64,000 nucleotides of DNA from a virus: positions 79,375 through 143,374 of the IMG/VR virus record IMGVR_UViG_3300032770_000004; one strand, written 5' to 3'. A program made the position numbers and the translations under genes. Position 1 is the stretch's first letter, and each line of letters begins with the position of its first letter. This document shows positions 1 through 8,559 of this stretch, piece after piece. The notes under the pieces were generated by a model. That model did no database searches. It was not told where the DNA came from and saw nothing but the letters and a program-made list of their open reading frames with translations.

Positions 1-282
1 CCAGGAATGGGTCACGGGCCAATTGGAGCTGTACGTCAAGGCAATACAGGCATTCCTTTCCTTCAAGGTGTGAGGATCAGCCAGAAAATGGTCGGCGGTA
101 AGGTTCACCGAAGCATCGCTACGTTCCGTTTGGTCTCTTCGAAACAGAAGGGTTCGGGAAAATGGGTTCATCCAGGCATTGTTGCCAAAAGGTTCTTTGA
201 TGAAGCTGAACGCTGGGCTCTAGACCAATGGGAGACCCAAATCGTTCCTGCCATTCTCAACAAGTTAGGACAGACCCTCTGA
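1..282 (+). CDS. Partial (5'-truncated) phage neck/head-tail joining protein
   Basis: Frame is open from position 1. C-terminal FRLVSSKQ...WVHPG..AKRFF motif recalls myovirus neck/HK97 gp10-like proteins. Structural context. Confidence 0.5.
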   Translation, partial: PGMGHGPIGAVRQGNTGIPFLQGVRISQKMVGGKVHRSIATFRLVSSKQKGSGKWVHPGIVAKRFFDEAERWALDQWETQIVPAILNKLGQTL

Positions 283-609
283 GTGGTCTTTCTTGGCGTA
301 CTTGACGCTAGCTCGATTGAGTAGGTCTATGAGATTGGCAACTACGTCCATCAGGTCGGCGCCGCTAATCCTGTCATGCGGATAGGTCTCGTTGAAGCGT
401 TTTGCCTCTTCTTCCAATAAATCTATCATCTTAGAGCGGACATCGTAAATCCAATCGGTTCGATAGTTGCTGACATTCTCGCCTCTATCTAGTGCGGCCT
501 TGATTTCTAGCCGCTTCATACGGCCATATTGCATCTTGATTGCTGGATCCGTACGTACTCTGTACAGGACATTAGCCATGAATTGGACTTGGTCTTCTGT
601 GAGTTCCAT
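265..609 (-). CDS. Hypothetical protein (114 aa)
   Basis: Natural-looking helical ORF. Extended -10 (TGG-TATACT) lies 7 nt upstream of the ATG. Confidence 0.65.
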   Translation of the reverse strand: MELTEDQVQFMANVLYRVRTDPAIKMQYGRMKRLEIKAALDRGENVSNYRTDWIYDVRSKMIDLLEEEAKRFNETYPHDRISGADLMDVVANLIDLLNRASVKYAKKDHSEGLS

Positions 610-635
610 ACCGTCAAGTATACCAAATCCCGATG

Positions 636-641
636 TAATCT
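636..641 (+). promoter_or_regulatory. GTAATCT putative late promoter (first of about 15 intergenic copies)
   Basis: The same motif recurs upstream of nearly every late-gene start (see findings). Confidence 0.65.
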
Positions 642-679
642 AAGCCTCGTTGACGGTTAACCGTCTGGAGATTTAAACC

Positions 680-1132
680 ATGGCTAAATTTGGCGTCACC
701 TTGCAGCGCACCGCTTCTACCACACTCGCTGTCGGATCTCTGACTGCGGCTGCCTCGAACATGCGTCGCGCAAAGGTCTATGACTTTTTCCTCGGCTCGG
801 AAGCAACCCCTGCTGACAATGCATTCCTCTGGCAGGTACAGCGCTGCACAACCGCTGGTACTGCCGGTACTAACCCTACACCGCTAGCTCTCGATTCGGC
901 AGATACTTTGGCTTCGACTATCGTTGCTGGTCAGGCTCACACAGTTGACCCCACCGGTTCGACTGTCCTCATGTCGGTTCCTTTGAACCAGCGTGCCACC
1001 TTCCGTTGGGTCGCTGCCCCGGGTGGTGAACTCGTGATTCCTGCTACCGCCTCGAACGGTGTCAAGTGGGAGACTCCTACCGCTGGCGGTCTCGTCAGTG
1101 TTACTTGCTCGGTCCAGTACGAAGAGCAGTAA
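680..1132 (+). CDS. Putative virion appendage/decoration subunit (150 aa, Ala/Thr-rich beta protein)
   Basis: GGAG RBS, structural-protein composition, follows a TAATCT motif. Confidence 0.55.
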   Translation: MAKFGVTLQRTASTTLAVGSLTAAASNMRRAKVYDFFLGSEATPADNAFLWQVQRCTTAGTAGTNPTPLALDSADTLASTIVAGQAHTVDPTGSTVLMSVPLNQRATFRWVAAPGGELVIPATASNGVKWETPTAGGLVSVTCSVQYEEQ

Positions 1133-1141
1133 GAAGGTCAT

Positions 1142-1393
1142 ATGCGTAAGGTTCAAGGATACGCAATTATCACTGATCCGAACGCGCCAACAGTTGAGTT
1201 TGATACAATCACCTGTTGTCACTGTAACATTGTCGTTCGCGTCTATCCGGCGCCCGCCCCCATGGTTGGTGGGTTTTGCCGAATGTGCATGAAGTATACG
1301 TGCGACGCTTGCGCGGGGAAAGGCTGCACGCCTTTTGAGAAAAAGCTAGAGGCGATCGAATCGCATGAACGGTTCCTTCGTTCAATCGAATAA
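1142..1393 (+). CDS. Small Cys-rich (Zn-binding) protein
   Basis: CCHC, CRMC and CDAC..C motifs; AAGG RBS. Confidence 0.65.
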   Translation: MRKVQGYAIITDPNAPTVEFDTITCCHCNIVVRVYPAPAPMVGGFCRMCMKYTCDACAGKGCTPFEKKLEAIESHERFLRSIE

Positions 1394-1405
1394 GGATAAC
1401 CCTTC

Positions 1406-2398
1406 ATGGCAGATACGAAAATCACCGGCTTAACGCAATTGACTGGAGCCGGATCCACAGCAGATACCGATGACCTTGTCATTGTTGATGTCTCTGACAC
1501 GACAATGGCGGCATCTGGTACTGATAAGCGTATCACCGTAGCCGACGTATCTCAAGCGGTCTTTGAGCGCCCACCTCCTGTCTGGACTACAACTACTCCC
1601 GCCGTGCCCTCGGCTGGTGCCAAAATCTTCTCCCGAGTACGAGCCGGTAAGGCGCGTGCGGCACAGATTGGTCCGAGTGGGCTTGATTATCCGTTTCAAG
1701 CTGGAGTTGATGTCAATTCTTGTTGTTGGTTGAGACCCGCAGGTAACAGCACTACGGTTACTGCGATGGGTTTCCCCGCCCCAACTGCTATTGGTACTGC
1801 TACGACCGCTAACTGGGCGAACACGAACCTGCTCACATCGATGAAGAGAATTTCCTACATCTCTTCGACAACTGCTTCTTCTTCCGGTGGTATGAAGATT
1901 AACGTTCTGAACTTCTGGCGCGGCAACGCGGCAGGGCTCGGCGGATTCTACTTCTGCTGCCGTTTTGGTATTGCGGCCCAACCCACCAACTGGCGTATGT
2001 TCTGCGGCATGTACGGCAGCACCACCAACCCGAGCACCACCGCTGATCCGAGCGCCTGGACCGTTGGTGCGATTGGCGTATGCAAGTCGTCCGCCGATAC
2101 CAACCTCCAGTTCATCACCGTTGGTACCTCCGCAGCATTGTCATCGACAGGTCTCGGTCTTCCAAGCACAGCCCAAGTCGTCGAGGTACGCATCTTCGCC
2201 GCCCCGAACAGCAGCTCGGTAGGCATCTCGTGCGAAATTCTTAACGGTGTTGGCGGTCCAGTTGACTATACATACAGCAGCACTCAACTGCCAGCAATTA
2301 CTGCCGGTCTGCTTCCCATGCTTTGGGCCAACAACGGTGGCACAGCAGCGGCTGTCGACCCGCACCTGATGGGTATGTACGTCGAGACCGACTTCTAA
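1406..2398 (+). CDS. Putative fibre/receptor-binding appendage protein
   Basis: N-terminal MADTKITGL..DDLVIVDVS..TDKRIT docking-type motif, then a beta-rich lectin-like C-terminus. Confidence 0.55.
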   Translation: MADTKITGLTQLTGAGSTADTDDLVIVDVSDTTMAASGTDKRITVADVSQAVFERPPPVWTTTTPAVPSAGAKIFSRVRAGKARAAQIGPSGLDYPFQAGVDVNSCCWLRPAGNSTTVTAMGFPAPTAIGTATTANWANTNLLTSMKRISYISSTTASSSGGMKINVLNFWRGNAAGLGGFYFCCRFGIAAQPTNWRMFCGMYGSTTNPSTTADPSAWTVGAIGVCKSSADTNLQFITVGTSAALSSTGLGLPSTAQVVEVRIFAAPNSSSVGISCEILNGVGGPVDYTYSSTQLPAITAGLLPMLWANNGGTAAAVDPHLMGMYVETDF

Positions 2399-2414
2399 TA
2401 GGTAGGAGGGCTTC

Positions 2415-5400
2415 ATGGCCGACAGTTTCCTACTAGAAGACGGTACAAGTCACATCCTACTAGAAGATGGCTCAAGTAAGCTACTTCTAGAAGGTACACC
2501 ATCACCACCGTTTGATCCTTCAACGGGTTTCCCTTATCAGCAATCGGAAGCATTTCCGCATCGTTCGGCTGCGCGCAGCATAGCTCTAGTCTATGGAGCA
2601 TTTGTTCCGCCTCCGCAATTCGGTACTGCCGTTCGATTCAATGGCAATGATAACTCGGGCCTAGAGAACACGACAGTCCCGGGAATTGGCCCTACTAACT
2701 TCACTGTTGCTGTGTTCTTCTGGATGCCGTCGTTGCCGTCTGGCTCAGACGAAAGCATTTGGATGCTCCAAGACAACAGTGGAGGCACTCCAACTAACTG
2801 GATCAACCTTGAAGTCAACGGCACAGATTTGCCTGGCCATCTTGTATGCAGCAGCAGTCCAGCTGTTGACATCGACCTCGGCGCAGTTTCGGCCAACACG
2901 TGGTATTTCGCTGTCATCAGCGTGAATACTAGTGGCAATGGTGACGCATATGTCGGCAAGATAAACACCACTCTGACTCATACCTCGCTGAGCAGCTTGG
3001 CGACTGGCTGGACACCGACTGACTGGACAGTTGCGACAGACAACTTCACCGAGCCATTAAACGGCCGTATCACTGGTCTGAAGTTGTGGACTACTGCCCT
3101 AAGTTCTGGGCAGGCTTCCAGCGAAGCAACTTCAATCAGTCCTATCTATACACCGAATGTTTACGCGTGGTACAAGCTAGACCATTCAGCCACCAAGCTT
3201 ACGGATTGGAGTGGCAATGGCAATACACTGGTTGCTAGAGGTTCAGGAACCTGGGTAGACGAAGAAGGACCCTTCTTGCTCCCCGGTCCTTTCGATCCCC
3301 AGCTGTTTCCATGGAAAGTTCAACCTACAGATTTTTCTGTGGTTCCAACACAGAGAAGGCAGCTGCTCTCTAGTATTGCAGAGCCAATCTATGTTCCTGC
3401 CGTTGCTCCGTTTGATCCTTCAACAGGGTTCCCGTGGGAACCTCAAACGGAAGTCATTCGTGCTATCTATCGACGCCCCACTACGGAAACGTATGAAACG
3501 ATTTACATTCCAGGTGCGGCCCCGTTTGATCCTTCAACGGGATTCCCGTGGGAACAACTGCCGGATCCTGTACGTGCATCCCATAGAACCAGAGCAAGCG
3601 CTAGTTTCCTGTTCGAAACACTCTTAGATTTTGGACCCACTCCTAAGTGGTATCCTGACTATCCAGACTTCCCAGGACGCTCAGCCAAACGTCCAGTAAA
3701 CGTTGGTGGCTCGTTCCATCAGTTGTTGGATTATGGACCGTTACCGACATGGCTTCCTGACTATCCAGACTTCCCAGGACTTTCAGCCAAACGTCCAGTA
3801 AACGTTGGTGGCTCGTTCCATCAGTTGTTGGATTATGGACCAATTCCAAGATGGCTTCCTGACTATCCAGACTTCCCAGGACGCTCAGCCAAACGTCCAG
3901 TAAACGTTGGTGGCTCGTTCCATCAGTTGTTGGATTATGGACCGTTACCGACATGGCTTCCTGACTATCCAGATTTTGTTTGGGCAGCTCGGCGTCCAGT
4001 CAACACTGGCGGAAGCTTCCAGTCTTTGCTTGACTTTGGACCGCTACCGACATGGCTTCCTGACTATCCAGACTTTGCGCGTACGCGCCAGCCTTCGGTC
4101 GAGAAGGGATGGTTTGCTCTGGTCATCCAAGAGCACGAACCGATTACGGACTGGCTGCCTGAATATCCAGACTTCGCAGCTCGTGGACCACGCAAACCGG
4201 TCGCTGTCGGAGAGTTTGAGTGGATTTTCGTTGCTCCACAAACCGTTGCCGAGTTGTGGTATCCGGACTATCCAGACTTTGTTTGGGCAGCTCGACGTCC
4301 AGTCAACACTGGTGGTTTGTTCTGGACCAATCTAGAGTACGAACCGACAGATTGGTTCCCGGAATATCCCGCCTCCATCTTCCGCAAGACGCCTCCTCCG
4401 CACACGTGGAACGCGTTTATTGATGTTGCCCAAGGTTTCGCGCCTATTCTCTCTTGGGCTCCTGAGTATCCAGACTTTGCCCGAGCCCGCCATTCACTCG
4501 TCAATGAGGGTTGGAGCGCGTTTGTCAATGTTACTGCGTCTAGCGGATATGCACCGCTTGGATCCTGGTATCCTGACTATCCAGCATTCGTCTATGGACA
4601 AAAGACTATCGCCTCAAACCTTGCTTCAGTTCTAGTCAATGTCGACTATGTACCGAAGCTAGGATGGCTGTCTGAATACCCAGACATGGTTCCTAGAAAA
4701 CAGGGCATCGACCTTGTTTCGACAGGACCCACGTTTGTCAACGTTGACTATGTACCGAAGCTAGAATGGGCACCGAAATTCCCCGATGAAATGCCAACTC
4801 CGTTGAGCATGTCGGCAGCTCTTCGTGCTTCAGTAGGTGTCATCCATACTCAGGCTCCTCTTGTTCCGTTGGGTTCGTGGTACCCAAGCTATCCAGATCG
4901 AATCTTCCAGGATCCGCGTTGGGACGGTTGGTTCGCGTTTGTCAACATAGCAACAGCTACACAGACCAAACTCGACTGGCTGCCTGAAATCCCAGATTTC
5001 ACACAACGCCAGAAGATGGCTGTTCAGGGCGAAGTCTTTGAAACGCTTGGAAACCTCAACCAGGTAATCTTCCAGGCAAGGTTCGCTGAGCATATTCAAC
5101 GCGCCTTGTTCCTCAAGTCGCTGGAGCTTCCATTGCCTAATACACTTACCAGAATCTATGGAATCCATCAGTCCGACGTTGTCATTGCAAGCGCCATCAA
5201 GGTAGCTCTTGCTGATATGCGTGCCAATCCATGGACCCTGGATTACGTCTTCGCTTCTTTGCCGCAGGATCCAATCACCTGGAAGGAGTACGGCGAGAAG
5301 TCTGTACAGGCAGCCAAGGAATGGTTCCTTAAGACAGATATCGCCGTTATGGTAACTCCTCTCATGGATGAACTTAAGGCACCAGCCATTTCCATCACAC

Positions 5401-6122
5401 TTAAGGAATCGACCGAAGCAACCAACGAATCGACCCTCGGTGACGTTGACAGCGAGCCTATTGAAGACAACGACACCGTGTGGCCACCACTCTGCGCCCC
5501 ATTCACCCCAGCTTCGTACGTACCTTCTACCGGTGTCGTGACACTCCAGACAGCACCGGTTGACTTCTATCTTGCTCCCGGAATGTTCATTGTCGACAAA
5601 CGCGGCCAAGCCTATGAAATCTTGGATACTACTGACAGCTTGACGTTCAGCATCGCAGCTGATTCAGTTCCGGATCTCCGAGATTGTACCTTCAAGTCTT
5701 CGCGCCCCAACTACAAAGTTTCGGTTGAGTCTAGCTCGTTCCGCGAAGTCTACACTGTGGGCGTACATGTAGGCGCAGAGCCTGTGTACTGCACGTGGCT
5801 TCACAGCATCGTTTTGTTTGCTCTTCTCCGCTACAAGCAAGTTCTTCTTGAGGCTCGTGGATTTGAGCGATCCACCGTTTCTAGCACCGATTTTGAACGC
5901 AATCCTGCCTTCGAGACGGAAAACGTCTATAGCCGATACATTAATGTCAGCGGCTACGTCCGTCAGTACTGGCCGAAGAATGTCAGCATCAAGACCGACG
6001 CTGTCATTCCGTATGAAATCAAGGTTTCTGGCCAGGATGCCGATGTAAAGGTCGGCGGCGATGTTGACGACCTTCTTTGGATTGGCGACCAAGATATGAT
6101 CGATCCCAATAAGCGTAGGTAA
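2415..6122 (+). CDS. Fusion protein: LLEDG repeats + LamG-like domain + FDPSTGFPW and WxPDYPD repeats + C-terminal neck/tail-terminator-like domain
   Basis: AGGAGG RBS. LamG-like motifs (FTVAVFF, WYFAVIS, LNGRITGLKLWTTALS). About 14 W-x-P-(D/E)-Y-P-type repeats. Globular C-terminal ~320 aa. Confidence 0.65.
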   Translation: MADSFLLEDGTSHILLEDGSSKLLLEGTPSPPFDPSTGFPYQQSEAFPHRSAARSIALVYGAFVPPPQFGTAVRFNGNDNSGLENTTVPGIGPTNFTVAVFFWMPSLPSGSDESIWMLQDNSGGTPTNWINLEVNGTDLPGHLVCSSSPAVDIDLGAVSANTWYFAVISVNTSGNGDAYVGKINTTLTHTSLSSLATGWTPTDWTVATDNFTEPLNGRITGLKLWTTALSSGQASSEATSISPIYTPNVYAWYKLDHSATKLTDWSGNGNTLVARGSGTWVDEEGPFLLPGPFDPQLFPWKVQPTDFSVVPTQRRQLLSSIAEPIYVPAVAPFDPSTGFPWEPQTEVIRAIYRRPTTETYETIYIPGAAPFDPSTGFPWEQLPDPVRASHRTRASASFLFETLLDFGPTPKWYPDYPDFPGRSAKRPVNVGGSFHQLLDYGPLPTWLPDYPDFPGLSAKRPVNVGGSFHQLLDYGPIPRWLPDYPDFPGRSAKRPVNVGGSFHQLLDYGPLPTWLPDYPDFVWAARRPVNTGGSFQSLLDFGPLPTWLPDYPDFARTRQPSVEKGWFALVIQEHEPITDWLPEYPDFAARGPRKPVAVGEFEWIFVAPQTVAELWYPDYPDFVWAARRPVNTGGLFWTNLEYEPTDWFPEYPASIFRKTPPPHTWNAFIDVAQGFAPILSWAPEYPDFARARHSLVNEGWSAFVNVTASSGYAPLGSWYPDYPAFVYGQKTIASNLASVLVNVDYVPKLGWLSEYPDMVPRKQGIDLVSTGPTFVNVDYVPKLEWAPKFPDEMPTPLSMSAALRASVGVIHTQAPLVPLGSWYPSYPDRIFQDPRWDGWFAFVNIATATQTKLDWLPEIPDFTQRQKMAVQGEVFETLGNLNQVIFQARFAEHIQRALFLKSLELPLPNTLTRIYGIHQSDVVIASAIKVALADMRANPWTLDYVFASLPQDPITWKEYGEKSVQAAKEWFLKTDIAVMVTPLMDELKAPAISITLKESTEATNESTLGDVDSEPIEDNDTVWPPLCAPFTPASYVPSTGVVTLQTAPVDFYLAPGMFIVDKRGQAYEILDTTDSLTFSIAADSVPDLRDCTFKSSRPNYKVSVESSSFREVYTVGVHVGAEPVYCTWLHSIVLFALLRYKQVLLEARGFERSTVSSTDFERNPAFETENVYSRYINVSGYVRQYWPKNVSIKTDAVIPYEIKVSGQDADVKVGGDVDDLLWIGDQDMIDPNKRR
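3648..4080 (+). repeat. Intragenic tandem repeat, 102-bp (34-aa) unit
   Basis: Units start at 3648, 3750, 3852, 3954 and 4053. The first three are nearly identical at DNA level and all are in frame. Confidence 0.95.
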
Positions 6123-6139
6123 CGTGTAATCTTTTTCCT

Positions 6140-8533
6140 ATGCCGATTCCGGATCATCTTCGTCAACACCATATCTTTGCTGGTGGTAACTGGGGAGCAA
6201 TGTCGGGCGAAAAGCCCATGCATAAACCCATAGTTCCTGCAACTCACGAGAATCTCGTGCGTGCGCTGAAAGGTATGGGATTGAAGTTTGAAGAGACCCA
6301 TGGCAAATACGAACAGCCTGAACGTTCTGTCATCATTTACAATCCAAGTCGCCAACAGATGCGCCACCTTGGCAAGATGTTTGGCCAGGACAGCGTAGTT
6401 CACAGCCAGGGCGGTCAGCACAAACTCGTCTACACTAACGGACCCCACGAAGGAAAGGAACGTGGCACCGCTTTGACGGGAGAGCCGATTGAGTTCTTTG
6501 CCAATCCACCTGATGACTACTATACCCATCTTCCAGGCCATGGCTATTTCCGTGTGAACTTTGATTGGAACAAAGAGCCGGAAGGTGAACCTGTTCAGTC
6601 AGGCCTCGCTAAGGCTTGGCCTACTGAGAAGGAATCTAAGGCGAACCAAGAAACACATCGAGTAATTGGAGATCTCGCAGAAGAAAGGGGCAAGGTTATA
6701 GCTTCCCCACGCCCCGTCCATTCCAAGGATTTTGGAATCAATGCTCATAGAGCACCCTTTGGTGGTGGTGGGCTCTCGCTTCGTAATACTGCTATCTCGG
6801 GCGATAAGCGACATTATATGCCAGCCATATCTATCAACGACCAAGAACTTGAGCGTATGAATGAGTTGGCCACACCTCCAAATCCAGAAATGCGTTCCAC
6901 CTCTGAAAGATACGGTAACGCGGATCTCCTGAATTCAACTGCCGAACCACTAGAAGGAACTGAAACCTATTGGCAAAGCATTGGGGCACATTCCGCCCTG
7001 CCTCATCCTAATGCTTACCCCTGGCACGATGACAATTTGCCCGATTGGGATCGCGAAGATGCGCTTGCTCGCGCACGAAAGCTAAAGTTGATCAAGGCCG
7101 ATGAACAGCATCTAGAAGACCAGAATGCGCCAGTAGGAGTTTCGACATACGCAAAGTTCGCAGCTCCTTATGGTTCAGTCAATCCTTCGGCTCCATCCGA
7201 TCTGACTCATTATCCATACCACGGCAAGCTTCCTGAGATTGAAAATCTTGTGAAGCAGCATGGCTACAAAACTTACTATGCCGGTGGTAAGTATGGCAAG
7301 CCCGACCTTGTGAACAAGAACTACAACACGGGCCATCTGATGATTTACGATCCGACTCCTGGCTCTGGTGGCGACTTCAAACATGAAGAATACACCAAGG
7401 GTTGGCGACAGATTCACGAACTCGCCCATGCATTGACATATCCTGAGCTGAACAAAATCTACGGCGAAGGGCGTCGAATGGGCAAGCTTGGTATCCATCG
7501 CAATCTCAATGAAGCTATGCGAGCCGTTCACTGGGAATGGTTGGCTGCACACAAGCAGCGTGAACTGGGAGAGCAGCTTGGTATCCATATTCCAGATAAC
7601 GTATTCCACAAAGAACTGAATACTGTGATGCACGATGCCGTACATCGTGCTGTTACTGGCAAGTTCACTGAACCTTCTGGCGAAGGATTCACACCACATG
7701 AGCATAAGGTTCCATTGAGCCATGCCATGGATGTGCTACGCGATGAAGCCCAAAACATGGGCCTTCAGCATCGTCACCAGACACTCAAGCCCGCTGCTAT
7801 CGCTAAGCACGAAAAGCGCGAAGAATTACTGGCAAAGGCTTTTCCTCTTGAAAAGCGCTCCAAGAATGTACGCGAGCATCTTGCTTACACTACAGAAGAA
7901 CAACGTATAGCCCGCACGAAAGCCTTCCTACCAAAGATTGGCATCAACGTTCGCGATCCTGAAGCTCTGAACTTTCAGAGTATCAGAGAAGCCCCTCATT
8001 GGGTAAATAAAGAAGGACGTACAGTCAGTGTAGCAGAATCTAAACACGCCATTAATTCGGTACCGCCAGCATTACACGAAGCTGGCCATGCGCTTACCGC
8101 TCCGTACGGAAGATCCATCGAGCAACACCAAAAGGACATCGGTGAAGTAGACATGCCCATTTCACCTAGCCAGAAAATTGACGAGGGGATGGCCACTAAA
8201 ATGGGACACGACCTTGGTCGTCGAGCTGGTATTCCGCCCCAAATGAGCGATCCATATGGTACCAGAATTACGGCCCGTTCTCATGGTTATGACCCCAAAA
8301 CCATTCCTCACGCTAAAAGCAAGGTGCCGGATTTTCAACGCGGCGCGGTACGGGCGGCTATGCGTACTGAGTTAATGGATCAGGGTCTTGCTGGAATTCA
8401 GAATGGCAAGGTCATGCGCATCGGTACCGGCGAAGAAGGATCCGGCTACTTCGGTTACCGTTCTCTTAAAGACATTCACGCAAAAATTAACGCTAGAGCT
8501 ATGGGCTACGGCCCCAAGCCGAAGAAACCATAA
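6140..8533 (+). CDS. Multidomain putative internal virion protein: SAM-lyase/DUF3293-like N-terminus + two HExxH zincin-like domains
   Basis: GKY..ERS..GQDSV pattern; HELAH at 7415 and HEAGH at 8075; LAKA/LIKA/LEKR linkers; TAATCT 7 nt upstream. Confidence 0.55.
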   Translation: MPIPDHLRQHHIFAGGNWGAMSGEKPMHKPIVPATHENLVRALKGMGLKFEETHGKYEQPERSVIIYNPSRQQMRHLGKMFGQDSVVHSQGGQHKLVYTNGPHEGKERGTALTGEPIEFFANPPDDYYTHLPGHGYFRVNFDWNKEPEGEPVQSGLAKAWPTEKESKANQETHRVIGDLAEERGKVIASPRPVHSKDFGINAHRAPFGGGGLSLRNTAISGDKRHYMPAISINDQELERMNELATPPNPEMRSTSERYGNADLLNSTAEPLEGTETYWQSIGAHSALPHPNAYPWHDDNLPDWDREDALARARKLKLIKADEQHLEDQNAPVGVSTYAKFAAPYGSVNPSAPSDLTHYPYHGKLPEIENLVKQHGYKTYYAGGKYGKPDLVNKNYNTGHLMIYDPTPGSGGDFKHEEYTKGWRQIHELAHALTYPELNKIYGEGRRMGKLGIHRNLNEAMRAVHWEWLAAHKQRELGEQLGIHIPDNVFHKELNTVMHDAVHRAVTGKFTEPSGEGFTPHEHKVPLSHAMDVLRDEAQNMGLQHRHQTLKPAAIAKHEKREELLAKAFPLEKRSKNVREHLAYTTEEQRIARTKAFLPKIGINVRDPEALNFQSIREAPHWVNKEGRTVSVAESKHAINSVPPALHEAGHALTAPYGRSIEQHQKDIGEVDMPISPSQKIDEGMATKMGHDLGRRAGIPPQMSDPYGTRITARSHGYDPKTIPHAKSKVPDFQRGAVRAAMRTELMDQGLAGIQNGKVMRIGTGEEGSGYFGYRSLKDIHAKINARAMGYGPKPKKP

Positions 8534-8559
8534 TCTTTCAACGAGATGGGAATGTAAAC

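Noticed and set aside
3648-4080. Possible CRISPR array
   Set aside because: Units are contiguous in-frame coding repeats with no unique spacers, and no cas genes are present.
5065-5070. Intragenic TAATCT copies (also near 13135 and 46739)
   Set aside because: A 6-mer is expected by chance inside genes and these have no adjacent start, so they were not counted, although internal promoters cannot be excluded.
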